Shown one piece after another: positions 38,477 through 51,509 of a stretch of 64,000 bases of DNA; position 1 is the stretch's first letter; each line of letters opens with the position of its first letter. Both the position numbers and the translations under genes were made by a program. The stretch is from Octopus vulgaris. Lineage: Eukaryota. The notes below the pieces were generated by a model, which worked only from the letters and a program-made list of their open reading frames with translations, had not been told where the DNA came from and ran no database searches. The stretch is taken from contig OX597815.1 in assembly GCA_951406725.2 (NCBI GenBank), positions 53,816,001-53,880,000 on the forward strand, in the 5' to 3' direction.

Positions 38477-38755
38477 AATATATGCTTCACTCAGGTACTC
38501 TTAAGATCTTAAAACTTATAATTCAGGGGGTATGCTTGAATTTGGAACTATTCAATATTATTTATTATGTATAATGATATTATTTATTATGTATAATAAT
38601 TTCTGGTAAATTTGTTCGAAGATTTTACAGGCATCCTCTTTGTTGCCGACAATAGACTGCGACTGCGCAGTGGTTTTGAAAAAAATTAAAATGTACAAGC
38701 AATGTGTTTACATGCTGGATTGATCTCGTTGTGTGTATATTTAATCTAAGGGTTA

Positions 38756-38828
38756 CTCGCTGATGAAGACGGCCTCAGTAAATAATTATTTTTATTTTAC
38801 TGAAATAAGTCAGAAAACATGGTCCGGG
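38756..38828 (+). ncRNA. Hammerhead ribozyme motif with long stem II
   Basis: CTCG-CTGATGA-A-GAC..TCAGTAAA..TTTACTGA..GTCA-GAAAAC-AT-GGTC-CGGG. The flanks resemble those of the 24547 motif (ttttatttttcattcccttcg). Confidence 0.55.
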
Positions 38829-39002
38829 AATTGAATTAGATGATAAATGTTTTTATTTTTCATTCCCTTCGAGAATTTATCCCTAATTAGTGGTTTTGAG
38901 TTTAACTGTCCTTTCTAGCGTAATGGATTCCTATGATGGAAGCCTCTTAATGTGTTTTAATGTATACTGTATTATATATATATATATATATAAATATATA
39001 TA

Positions 39003-40203
39003 CACCCACGCAGGAAGTAAATAGACACCTTTAATTTTCAAAATTTCTGATCTAAGCGTCTTAATATGTTTTCAGTGGTGTAGAATTTACAATGTAATTA
39101 TTTTTTTCATTACATTAAATATTTGCAAAGAGTAACCATGCAACGCACAAAAAATTCAGCAGAACTGTCAGATTTTTAATGAGGTGGTATTGTCGGGTAA
39201 TCTGAGGCTGGCCTTAGCCAGCGAAAAATCGCTGAAAATCTTCAAATTCCTTTTACTACTGTTAATAGAATTATAAGTGCAATTCAACAGCCAAGGAAAA
39301 GAAACAACAGGAAAAGAATCTGCGCTGTTTGAAGATAATTGTCGAGGACGAACCCCGATTGAAGGCTTCTGATATTGCAAAACGGCTAGAAGTTAGCCCA
39401 AGAACATGTGTTACAAATATCTGCATAAGCTTGGGTATTATGGAAGAGCAGCTAGAAGAGAACCTCGTCATCATGAAAAGAAAAAGATTGGGTAAGGAGA
39501 TGTCAGAAAAATCCAGTTCATTTTTGGATTGAGTGATTTTCTCAGATGAATCTACATTTGCATTATTTTCAGACAGTGGACGTGTTTGGGTCTGGAGGCT
39601 TCCCAATCAAGAACTTGATTTGAAACGACTCCAGCCAACTGTGAAACATGGTGGTATCTCTGTAATAGTATGGGGAGCTGTTACCAGCAATGGTCGTTCT
39701 GAGCTGAGCAAATGTGTTGGAACCATAAACTCTGAATAATAAATCGAAATACTTAAGCAAGGATAACTTCTGCTGTATTCACATGATGACATAACGAAAA
39801 ATGAGTTTTTATTCATGGAAGATTGGGCTCCATGTCACACAACGAAAAGGAATCAACAATGGCTGACTGAAAATGGGATCAAAAAGCTTCCTTGGCCGAG
39901 TCAATCTCCTGACATGAACCCAACTGAAAATCTTTAGAGCTGTACGAAAAACTCGACAGAATTCTAAATCTAAAAATGAATTGTTTCGATTGTTTTCTTA
40001 AAAAGTGGGCAGAAATTCCACAAGAATTCCACAAAGCTCATCAGTTCAATGCCAAAAAGAGTTTCTGAATTAAGAACTGCAAAGGGAATGTCAACTAAAT
40101 ACTAAAGTGTGTAGTCCTACCTATCGATTACATTTCAATTGTTCACTTTGCGTATTAAATAAAAGATTTTGAAAATTAAAGGTGACTATTTATTTGCTGC
40201 ATG

Positions 40204-40207
<4 letters not shown>
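39003..40207 (+). mobile_element. Tc1-family DNA transposon (DD34E), defective
   Basis: ~42-bp imperfect TIRs (..taaatagacacctttaattttcaaaat / attttgaaaattaaaggtgactatttat..) in TA context. Transposase motifs [28 protein letters not shown] and WPSQSPDMNPTENL, with 34 residues between D and E. Stops and frameshifts present. Confidence 0.92.
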
Positions 40208-40248
<41 letters not shown>

Positions 40249-40569
40249 ATAATGTAGGATAAAACTTTTTCGAAAAACAATTTTATCAATGGCCAGCATA
40301 TTAAAAAATACCTCTAAAGGTAAAACTTATAAATAACTTATAAAATAAGAGCAAAAGAAAAATTCTAATGCCAAATATGCCGAAATTAGACAAATTGTCA
40401 ATAACCATTATAATTTATGCGTCTCGAAACAAGCCGATAGAAATTTCTAAAAAATTCCGTTATTACCGTATTGGTCCCAATTTCAGAGTTAATTCATAAG
40501 AATGTTCTCCTCAGCGATTAATACGTAAAACATAAATGAAATACTTACTCATACTCATGGAAAAAGCAA

Positions 40570-40810
40570 GCCGGTGGTACGCAAAAAGCACCAACCGATC
40601 GTTGTCATTGCCAGCCTCCCCTGGCACCTGTGCCGGTGGTACGTAAAAAGCACCCACTACACTCACGGAGTGATTGGCGTTAGGAAGGGCATCCAGCTGT
40701 AGAAACACTGCCAGATCAGACTGGAGCCTGGTGCAGCCTCCTGGCTTCCAAGACCACGGTCAAACCGTCCAACCCATGCTAGCATGGAAAACGGACGTTA
40801 AAAGATGATT
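40570..40810 (+). mobile_element. SINE-like repeat fragment
   Basis: ggcgttaggaagggcatccagctgtagaaac motif, an internal direct repeat gccggtggtacg.aaaaagcacc and a gat-type tail. Confidence 0.6.
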
Positions 40811-40859
40811 ATATCACTGTACATATATCTCCCCACTAATCTAGTCTTCAAATTTTTTT

Positions 40860-40927
<68 letters not shown>

Positions 40928-41163
40928 ACACCCGAAAACTAAACAGTTACCTCGCCTGCCCACAATAATAAGGATAACCGATTACCTCCCCTTAGTTTCC
41001 TACTCGTTGAATCTTCCACTCATAAATTTCACAGACAAAATGGACAAAAAATTTTAATGTCATGAATAGCGAAAGCTAAACCGGTCGACAAACACAATAC
41101 AAGATATATTATAAATTAATATTAAAACTATATAAAGGGGGCACATTCTCCTTTTTTAATTTC

Positions 41164-41194
<31 letters not shown>

Positions 41195-41412
41195 CAAACA
41201 TACACACGCACACACACATATAAATACATATATAACTATCCGGGAACCCGTGGTCCCATTTTCGCGAAACTCGTCTTATCCCGTTTATATTCCCATTTTA
41301 GAGGCACCATACGTTCAGAATATTTCCCCATTATGCGCCAGCTTGGCTGCATTTAATTGCAGACAAGCACGCAAGCAATCACACACTTTTAGTATTATAT
41401 ATACATATATAT

Positions 41413-41774
41413 ATTCTTTTATTTGTATCAGTCATTTGACTGCGGCTATATTGGTGCGCCGCCTTGGAGGGTTTTAGTCGAACAAATAAACCCTAGAACA
41501 TATTCTTTGTAAGCCTAGTACTTATTCTGTCGGTCCCTTTTGCTAAGTTACGGGAAGATAAACTCACCAGCACCGGTTGTCAAGCGATGGCGGGGAACAA
41601 ACACTGACACACAGGAACACCACTAATCATACACATAGACACACACACACATATACGATGAGCTTCTTTTAGTTTCTGTCTAGCAAATCGACCCAGAATG
41701 TTTTGCTCGGCCCGATGCTATAGTAGAAAACAGTTGCCAAATGTGCCACGCAGTAAGACTGAACTCAGAACCAT
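41413..41774 (-). mobile_element. CORE-type SINE, 5'-truncated
   Basis: Collinear with 256-590 and 55793-56182. Confidence 0.75.
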
Positions 41775-41842
41775 ATAAGAGCATATGCATACGTATACTT
41801 AAACATTCACCTGTATATTATACATATGCATACAGAAAAGAA

Positions 41843-42290
41843 GGCGTAGCTGTGTGGTAAGAAGCTTGCTGCCCCGTCGCATGGTTCCAGGTTAAGTTCC
41901 ACTCCTTGGGTAAGTATCTTCTACTTAACCTCGGCCGGTCAAAGCTTTGTGAGTGGATTTGGAAAACGGAAATTGTAAGAAGCCTGTCGTGTGCGTGTTA
42001 TATATATATATATATATGTGTGTGTGTGCGTGTGTGCGTGTGTGTGTGTGTATGAGTGTAAGTGTGTGTGTCAGCGTGCATGTGCCTATGTGTGTCTTTG
42101 TGTTTGTGTTTGCCTCCACCACCACTGCTTGTCAAACGTAGCTGTTCATCAAAACGGAACGATAGAATAAGTACCAGGTTTAAGAAGACAGTACTAGGGT
42201 CAATTCATTCGACTAAAGCCCTTCAAAGCGGTGCCCCAGTGTAGCTGCAGTCTAATGACTGAAACAAGTAGACGATATAAAAGATAAAAA
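41843..42290 (+). mobile_element. CORE-type SINE
   Basis: ggcgtagctgtgtggtaagaagcttgc..ccttgggtaagtatcttctac..gtgagtggatttgg..taatgactgaaacaag. Confidence 0.8.
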
Positions 42291-42364
42291 TATATAAATA
42301 CACTTAAATGCGTAGACAATAAAACGGTATCTACATAGACATACACACACACAAATATATCTAT

Positions 42365-42750
42365 GGATGGAAGCACTCCGTCGGTTACGACGACGAGGGT
42401 TCCGGTTGATCCGAATCAACGGAACAGCCTGCTCGTGAAATTAACGTGTAAGTGGCTGAGCACTCCACAGACACGTGTACCCTTAACGTAGTTCTCGGGG
42501 ATATTCAGCGTGACACAGAGAGTGACAAAGCCGGCCCTTTGAAATACAGGTACAACAGAAACAGGAAGTAAGAGTGAGAGAAAGTTGTGGTGAAAGAGTA
42601 CAGCAGGGATCACCACCATCTCCTGCCGGAGCCTCGTGGAGCTTTAGGTGTTTTCGCTCAATTAACACTCACAACGCCCGGTCTGGGAATCGAAACCGCG
42701 ATCCTATGACCGCGAATCCGCTGCCCTAACCACTGGGCCATTGCGCCTCC
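42365..42750 (-). mobile_element. Full-length tRNA-derived SINE with 14-bp TSD
   Basis: Head GGAGGCGCAATGGCCCAGTGGTTAGGGC...GGTTTCGATTCCC (A and B boxes). TSD acaaatatatctat at 42351-42364 and 42751-42764. A decayed relative lies at ~51520-51830. Confidence 0.9.
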
Positions 42751-43699
42751 ACAAATATATCTATACACACACACACACATAGACACACACACACTCCTTA
42801 CTTGTACATACATTTTATGCTCATTTTCGGTTATATGTATATAGTACTATGAAGTAATACGAAGAATATTGAGAAACTGAACAGTATAAATTAATTATAT
42901 ATTATAAGGGCAATAGCTATGTTGCACATGCTATAGACATAAAAGCATAAAATAACAAGATAAAATAATCAAATGAAATACTACAATATAAACGCACCAA
43001 AGTAGAGAATATTAAAGTTCTGATGAATAATTATGATAATCTTATTTAGCTAACATCTAATTCAAAATGAATCACATATTAGGATAATTGATTAAGCTAG
43101 AACAATGGATTAAATCATGGCAGTCTAGTAAAATATAGAATAAAAAATATGGAATTTTTTTGCGTGTAAATGTTACTTAATACTATTAATGTTATCTATG
43201 ACATAAGCACTTGAAATCGACTTTGCAGAGAGAAATATCTGGAAGAGTAATGTAATATATTTGGTATAAGATAATGCAGTAAGATGGATCAGAATGAACA
43301 AGAAAATCAATCAACGACTAATAAGCTGAATGAAATCATCGGTAGGGGGTTACTGCTTGTAAATGCCAATTCAATTTTATATTATTAATATAATAATTAT
43401 TAATAATGTTATTAATAATTATAAGTTGATTCAGACAATTTCATGTACACCTGTATATTTCTGTCTAAATGGTTACACGTATAATGTAATATAAATTCAT
43501 ATAGACATGAAACATTATTATGGTAATAACTGTTTTGCGAATAATTAAAAGTACTTAAATTTGAATTGAATTACAGTTTTGTTCTTTGTAGTGTTCTTTT
43601 TTCAGCAAATTTCTATCAGCCATTAAAATCTCAAGTGTTTCATGTGTACATCGCAATGACAGTCTTCCCCATCTCCTTGTTATGATTAGACTAATTTCA

Positions 43700-45240
43700 T
43701 AAATCTCCATTCCAAAATATATTCTCGGTCTTTAGATTTTAAATGAAATGCATGTTCTCCAAGAGAGACTGGGTGTATTAGCTTAGGGTTAGATAATGAG
43801 TGACGATGTTTAGACTACGTTACTTTTTTAGATATTTGTTGTAGACGCTAGGTATAATCAGATGCATTTTGTGTTCTTAATGTTCATTTGAAAGCAATAT
43901 TTTAGCACGCTAAGTTTCTATTTAACAGACAGCTATCAGGTTCACTGAAGTTATTCCTATTGTATTGGGCAGGATTCACTAAATTATTAAATAATAATCT
44001 CGAATCTTGTTCTTGATTCATATTCCTAGGATATAACATTTCTTCAATCGACTATATTAATACTAACATTGTTATAACAGGCGACGAAACTATTACAACA
44101 GAGGTGATGAAACTATTACAACAGAAACAATTTTCTATCATAGGGCATTTATTTACATTTCTTAGAAAATCTTGATCACATTTCGTGGCACTTCATGCTT
44201 GGACCTAAGTATTCTCAATTACTTTTATTCATCATTAAATTCCCAAACCTGAATTTAATAGTAGCCCTCTATTGCTCTTATTTACTATGTGTTTGATTCT
44301 GCTACTATAGTAGATAGGTTTCGTGTAACAGAACAGGAACATTTTACATTATAAGTGTGGGGATCTACTTGTATATGTGAGGTACAGTTGTCCTCAGAAT
44401 TCCCAACGAATATTGTAGGACCAAAGGTTTTCCTGTACGAAAGATAGAGAATGAAGGTAGGTAACGTTTCTCTTTTTATTTCTATTTTAAATTCTAGCAT
44501 TGGCTAAAACATCCATAGTAAAGTAGTGATATGCCTTATAATTTATTTTAGTTGAGAATCCTTCAATAAAAGGATGGTATGTCTTCTTTTCCAATCTTTG
44601 AGAATGGCTTTATTAATCAAGTATTAATTCTTCGTATCTTCACTTCTTTGTTTGCAACCTTTTATTTTTCTGGAAGGATGTTTCATTTTCCAAGAAGAAA
44701 TACATGCTTTCAAACGAAATTCCTGTGAATAATATCCAAATAATTAGAAGAAACAAAGGCAGAAATTGTTTACAATTAGGAATTTTTCGGCACTGCATCT
44801 TGACCATCCCTTCCGTGATATTAACTTTGTCTTGGATCTTACTTGTTGACTTTTGTTTTCAATTCATTAAGCCATTATGCATCTGATTTATGTGCCTTTC
44901 TTCTACTTCATAATTCGCTCTAAAATCTCTTACTTTCCTCTGCATTTGGGATTGTCTTCATGTTGGTTTTCACCGTTTAACACTTGATGTAGCTTCTTTT
45001 GAACTACATGGAAAAGTATATTCTATCTGAACTTTTTCACTCGTAGTTTGTACTTCTTGACTTTGCCTACTTTAGCCACCAGTCTCTGTTTTAATTCTTC
45101 CAAAATTTTACCTCATCCTTTGTTCTTGATTTTGTATTTGCGATCCAGATCTCTATATTTCCCTGCTTAATTAAACTGATTTTTTTTGTCTCTCCAACTC
45201 TTCAGAGTACTTTCATTGAATTTCGGGTTCTTTCCCACGA
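43700..45240 (-). mobile_element. Highly degraded LINE RT relic
   Basis: Remnants KDWKRRHTILLLK (resembling P.DWK...IVP..K), NYK (NYR) and CYILGI (YLG), with many stops. Confidence 0.45.
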
Positions 45241-45253
45241 TGGTTTGTCATTT

Positions 45254-45308
<55 letters not shown>

Positions 45309-45439
45309 GTTTGACTTTTGCTTTGAATTTGTACAAGTTGGCTCCAAGTCTCACCCAGAGACCACAAGAGACAACAAGTTAGAAGTTCGTGTTGGTGTTA
45401 TGCCTAAGGTGTCATATATTTGGTTTATTATCATTATTA

Positions 45440-45474
<35 letters not shown>

Positions 45475-45752
45475 CATTATTATTATTGTATTATTATTAT
45501 ATTTATTATTATTGTATTATTATCATTATTATTATTATTACTATCATCATCATCATCATCATTATTATTATTATTCAGTAGTCTTATTTTTATCATGTGC
45601 TTTCACTGCACAACCGAGCGTAGCTCTATGTGCCTTGGGTATGGGCTGTATTTTGTTGTGGTACTTTTATTTTCATTATATTGAAAGTGTTTTACGTAGG
45701 ATGTGTGCAGTGTCTAGTAGTGCTATTTTTGTATGTTATATATACTTGTAAG

Positions 45753-45972
45753 TGTTATGTGTTATTTCGTTCTAATGGGATAGACAACCAATATGAAAGC
45801 CATTGTTATTGTTTTACGTGTATATTTACTTTTCATGTTATACGAACTGTCCACATTCGGCGTAGTGATACATATTTACTTTAAAACACATTTCGTACTG
45901 TTCACTAACAAATAGTGCCAAAAGTGGGGATGTATTCTACACACGTATACACATAGATATGAATGTATAACA
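45753..45972 (-). repeat. 3' LTR (220 bp)
   Basis: TGTTAT...ATAACA termini, directly after the PPT. Confidence 0.92.
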
Positions 45973-48781
45973 TCCCTTCTTCTTGAAAAAAATAAAGGGG
46001 TCTTTTGGCAGTGAAGACAAATATAAGTAGTCTCCCTTACTCTAATGGATTGTCAGCGCGAGGTGGCAATCCTGCAGCAGAAATCGTGAGATTATTCTGC
46101 CTCTGCTTTGTAAACTAGCTGTAATCTTTTCATTTTCTTTTTTTTTCTTTAACGGTAACGAACCGGTGGCAGAATGTTCTTTCTCCATCTGGTGGATCTT
46201 GTGCTTCGCACCGGTGTCTGAGTTGTGTTGTTGGGCTGCTGATAGGTGGTTGGTGCCCGTTGGGGTGATGATTCTGTGGGTGTTGTCACTGATGCAGCAG
46301 ATGTTGTACACGTTGTCCTCGACAGCTTTGGTGTTGGGCGGATGTGGGCCCTGTTGCGTCTTAGCTGCCCACCAGATTCCGCTTCTATTATATATGATCT
46401 TGGAGTTTCAGCTCTACTGACAACCTGTGCTGGAATCCATGTTTTAGTTATGGGATTTTGAGTATGCACATGTTGTCCTCCAAGTATCTCAGGTAAGTAT
46501 TGTGGCATGTGTGTTGTAATATTTCTGTGATTGTTCTTGAGTGGCTGCTAGCTTTGCCCCTGTCTCTTCCTGGTCAATAGGAGGTTGGATCTTAGTTGGC
46601 AGGGTAGTTTTGTACTTCCTGCCATTCAGCAATTCTGCTGGGGATTTCATGCTCTCAGTGGTGTCGCTCGTAGGGACAGAAGTGCCAGGTGTGGGTCTTC
46701 CTTAGTCTCTTGGCATTTGACTAGTGTTCTCTTCACTGTCTGCACCTGTCTTTCTATAAACCCATGACTTTTGGGGTAGTGTGAAGATGAGGTTGTAATA
46801 TTGAACCCATACTCATCGGCTAGCTTTTTGAATTCTTGCGATGTGAAGTGGGTTCAATTGTCACATATGATCTGCTCTGGTATTCCTTGCTCTGCTAGAA
46901 GTCCTCGAGCCACTGTAGTGATTGTTTTGGCTCTCAGATCTTTCACTTTTCTCACAAATGGAAATTTGGAGTAGTAGCAGGCCATTATCAAATACCATTC
47001 TTGGCTCTCTGTGAACAGATCTACACCAATAGTTTGCCATGGCCTTCTTGGGATGTCACTAGATATCATTTCCTCCTTTTGTTGTGAGTTTCTGTACTTT
47101 TGACAGATGTGGCATGTAGAAACTGTCTTTTCTATGTCTTTGTACATGCCTACCCAATATACTGCTGACTTGGCTCGGAGCTTGCATTTCTCCATTCCTA
47201 GATGCCCTTGGTGGATCTTGTCAAGAATCTCTTTTTGCATTGACTTGGGTATAATTATTCGGAATCCAGCCATCAGGATTCCATTCGCCACTGATATATC
47301 ATCATGGATGGCCCAATATTCACGAATGAGAGGCTGCACCTGATGTCTCTTTTCTGGCCACCCCTGAATCACCATCTGAGTAAGGAGCTGGAGTTCTTCA
47401 TCTTTGCTGGTCTCCTCTTTGATTTCTGATAGCTTTGAGGTTGTTACATTTATAATGTGGTGGACCTTTATGCTTAGTCCTTCCATCTCCTGTTTATCAT
47501 GTGAGGATAGTCTGGAAAGAGCATCCGCCAATATCAGGTCCTTTCCTGGCTAGTACCTGATATCGTAGTTGTATGTTTGAAGCCTTAACAGTAATCTTTG
47601 CAGTCTGGCTGGTGCTTTCGTGAGGTTTTTTCTATGTATTTGTTCTAGCGGGCGATGAGCTGTTTCAATATTGAAATGTCTGCCATACAGGTATGTATGG
47701 AACTTTTCACATCCATATACTACTGCCAGGAGTTCCCTTTCAATATTTGCGTACCTTGTCTCTGTGAATGAGAGAGCTTTCGAGGCATATGCAATGGGTT
47801 TACCTTCCTGTATCAGTGCTGCGCCAACTCCTCTCATAGAAGCATCGACTTGGAGTATTATTGGTTTGCGTCTGTCATAGTATTGCAGAGTTGTCACCTT
47901 ACTGATGAGCTTTTTGATTGTTTTGAAATCCTGTGTGTGTGAAGCACACCAATCAAACTCTACGTCATCTTTGTTTAGTTCTCGGAGATTTGCAGTGTGA
48001 TCGGCCAGCTTGAGTATGAAGGCTCCCATGTAGTGAATGAGTCCCAGGAAGCTCCTGAGTTCCTTCTTGTCTTTGGGTTCTTTAATGCCTCTGATGGCTT
48101 CCACTTTAGCGGGGTCTGGTTTAACTCCCTCTGCAGAGTATATAATTCCAAAGAATTTGCACTTCTTTGCTTTTATTACTCACTTGTCTGCATTGAGTTT
48201 GATGCCTGCTTGTCGGGTTTTCTCCATAGCTTCATGTAAATTGAAGTCATGTGTGGTCTCATCCTTGCTATGCACTTGGATGTCAACTGCTATTCCAATT
48301 GCTCCCTTGCAGCCTTGGTAGGTCTCATCTATTTGGCGCTGGAAAACATCTTGGCTCACCTTCAATCCAAATGGGAGTCGGTTGAATCGATATCTGCCAA
48401 ATGGTGTGTTGAATGTATTGAGCATGGATGACTCTTTGTCTATCTTTACATTCCAGTACCCATTACTGGCATCCAGTTTGCTGAATAATTTGGATCCAGC
48501 CAATGATGGTGTGATTTCTTCAAGGGTTGAATTTAGATGGTACTCTCTTTTTAATGCCTGGGTCGGGGCATATCCGTAGGGCACCATTGAATTTTTCTTT
48601 GATTACAATTGAATTCACCCAGTCTGTTGGTCGTGTCACTTTGGTGATTATTTCTTTTTTTTCCATTCTGTCCAACTCTGTCTTCAGCTTCTCTTTTATT
48701 TCTAGAGGGACGCGGCGAGGTGGGTGAACAATTGGTTTGATATTGTGGTCGACTGTTATATGGTATCGACATTTCACAAAG

Positions 48782-48969
48782 CAACCAATATGAAATCCAT
48801 TGTTATTGTTTTACGTGTTTATTTACTCTTCATGTTACACGAACTGTCCACATTTGGCGTAGTTATACATAATTACTTTAAAACACATTTCGTACTGTTC
48901 ACTAACAAATAGTACCAAAAGTGGGGATGTATTCTACACACGTATACACATAGATATGAATGTGTAACA
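48782..48969 (-). repeat. 5' LTR, missing its last 32 bp
   Basis: 188 bp aligned to 45785-45972 with 9 substitutions counted by eye. Confidence 0.92.
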
Positions 48970-49204
48970 GTAAGTCCTGGTGTTTTTGTTATGAATTTGT
49001 CTGAATGCTTTTTATCATACCTAATGTGCCTACTATGATAGGAATTGTTTCTGTTTTTAGGCTCCACCTTCGAGTTACCTCTGTTTTCAAATCTTTGTAT
49101 TTTGAAAGTTTCTCTGTTTCTTTTAGAGAAACATTGTCATCTGTTGGTATTGATATAGCGACTAGAAAGCATTATCATTATCATCATCATCATTATTATT
49201 ATTA

Positions 49205-49420
49205 AGGTGTCAAGCTGTCAGAATCGTTAGCATGCCGGCCGAAATCTTTAGCATACCGAGTATGTCGTTTGTCGCTGCGCTCTGATTTCAAATTCCACCG
49301 AGCTCAACTTTGCTTTTCACCCTTTCGGTTCGATAAATTAAGTACCAGTGAAACTCTTCGGTTGATGTAATCGACTCGTCCCCTCCCACCACATTGTAGG
49401 CCTCGCGCCTTTCGTAGCAG
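49205..49420 (+). mobile_element. tRNA-head SINE (30142 family) inside (ATT)n
   Basis: aagctgtcagaatcgttagc...ctttgcttttcaccctttcggttcgataaattaagtaccag. Confidence 0.75.
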
Positions 49421-49449
49421 GATTATTATTATTATTATTATTATTATTA

Positions 49450-51300
49450 TTTGACATTTGAGAATTTGCTCATGTGCTCTTTTTGTTAGTGTTTGCATGG
49501 TGTGTTATGTGCGTATTGCGAGTTAAGTTCTTGTGCTGGTTGTCCTACCTGTAGAGTACATGTTTCTTTTAGGTATTTACTGTATAGAGTGTGTCTTGTG
49601 CTTGTGTATTATTTTGTTTTGGTTGTGCAACTGAAGGGATGGTAATCTCGGCATTCAGGGCAACTTGTGGTGGCTTGTGTTCCCAGCAAGTGTTTTTGTG
49701 AGGGAGGCTGTATATGCGGCAATGTATGTACTGAGCTACCCTGTCCTGCCATGTTTTTACAAGTATTCTGTTGGTGCTGGTCTGCTGCATCAAGTCATTA
49801 TGTGATCGATTGTCTCTGAGAGCTCTCTGCATAAGCGGCATGATGACTCATTTTCATATTTCAGGGCATTACTCTGGTAATCCTCGTTGGAAAGGACTGA
49901 TCCCGAACAGCAATGATATACCCTTCAGCTTCCGGTCTCAGACCGGAGCATGAGCACTATTGATGTGTAAGGGCTTGATGAACATCATGGTCCCTGATTC
50001 AAGTCAGGGAATATTGCTCCAATTACTTCTTAATATTTTGAAGGTTGGATTGTTTGGCTACGGTTTTCATTTGTTGTGCCTTGTCTGTTGGGGGCATATT
50101 TACTTATGGTAGTGGCGCGTCTAGTTGCATTTCTAGGAAGCATATTTTCGAGTTTTTAGTCACGAGTGCAACTTTTAGGTATCTTCATGTTTCAGAACCA
50201 GTTTTAACATCCAGTAGTTTGTTTGTTGCAAGTAGATAGAAAGTCCCATGGTTGTAATTTTCAATGAAAGTTAGGACTGTATTAACCTCTGACCGCCTTC
50301 TTTTCTCGGGAAGTATGTTTGGTTTGTGTATAATTTTGTGTGATGCATATGGTGCATGGTCATCAGTTTTCGTATTCTGACATCAACTTTGTTTATTTCA
50401 GAGAGAAAATAGTTTATAATCTTGAAGCTGTATGTAATTAAAGAGGTGAATACTATTTATGACCCCAATTTTGTTTCTGGCGTTCAACTCAGTTTTCAGA
50501 ATAGCACCTATTCCTTAACTTTCTTTCGTTAGATATATCCTATCTCCTTCACATACTTTTAGATACCCTGAGGTTCTAATTCTTCTATCTCGGTGTGTCT
50601 ACCAACGGTGATGTTACATGTATTTGATAGTTTTCCCTTAGTAAATGTTGCCTTGGCTCATTTGTCAAACCAAAATCTCATTTTGATGCTATCACTTAAT
50701 TACCTGACTATGCCTACAGTTACTGGTAATTTATTTTTGTGAACACGTCATCCCTATAGGGATGACAAACTGTTTTTTCATAGGCACTGTATCCATAATT
50801 TGTTTCATTCAAGAGTTTACTAAGAGGAAACCGTGCGAAACAGAATAACAAAGGAGATAATGAGTATCCTCGAGAGATTCCACAATCAATATTGAGTTGT
50901 CCAGTGTTTAGAGTTGTCGTGCCAATGTTGAAAATTAATGTAGTTTTTCAGAGCTTCATGATGTGAGATACAAACTTTCTCATTACTGGTGAGAGCTTAA
51001 ACATCTCCAAGCATTCATTTATCCAACTGCGAGGAAGACTATCAAAGTCACTTTTGTAGTTTATCGGGGCCACTAAGAGATGCTTTTTCCTGTTGTGACA
51101 GTTTTCTAAAATCATTCTTTTACTGAACAGTTAATATCTGCATTAACCCCCACCTTTACATATTTTTTGTTCATCAGGGATGACATTGCTGATGAGAAAA
51201 GCGCATGAACATTACATTAGAAGAAATATAAGGGTATTGTACATTGTTGTAAGGCATGTTATACATCTATATTCTTGGGTTTTTTTGCTTCCCCATTTAT
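49450..51300 (-). mobile_element. Degraded R4/Dong-type element
   Basis: WQDRVAQYIHC..WEHKPPQV (RHD motif region), GLKPETEG-like segment, YLRVSK (YLG-like) and RILSRIL (GDSLSP-like). Bounded by ATT/CAT repeats. Confidence 0.6.
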
Positions 51301-51459
51301 TATTATTGCCATCATCATCATCATCATCATCATGGCAGCTAGCGGGAAGCACTGTTAATGCATCGGACAAAATGCTTAGCGGCGTTTCTTCCAGTTTAAC
51401 GTTCTTAGTTAAACCATCCACCTAGGTCGACTTTGCTTTTCATCCTTCCAAGAGTCAAT

Positions 51460-51509
<50 letters not shown>

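Larger units (their letters stand above)
45753..48969 (-). mobile_element. Ty3/Gypsy LTR retrotransposon lacking gag/protease
   Basis: RT (PPRRVP, FSKLDASNGYW, TPFGRYRFNRLPFGL), RNase H (VDAS, YANIERELLAVV), integrase zinc finger and core (HQGHLG..C..C, PWQTIGVDLF, IICDN) in Gypsy order. PPT aagaagaaggga, TSD GTAAG at 45748-45752 and 48970-48974. Confidence 0.95.
45575..49165 (-). mobile_element. R4/Dong-type 3' end (RLE endonuclease + 3' UTR + (TAA)n tail) interrupted by a Gypsy insertion
   Basis: 49165-48970 reads ISIPTDDNVSLKETEKLSKYKDL..IPIIVGTLG..KTPGL. After removing the Gypsy and one TSD it continues in frame TSIYNIQKIALLDTAHILRKTLSI*. A further 3'-UTR stub with a (TAA)n tail lies at 45305-45420. 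Confidence 0.85.

Noticed and set aside
42670-42750. tRNA-like sequence with A and B boxes
   Set aside because: It is a SINE head, continuous with a body and bounded by a TSD, with no proper acceptor stem.
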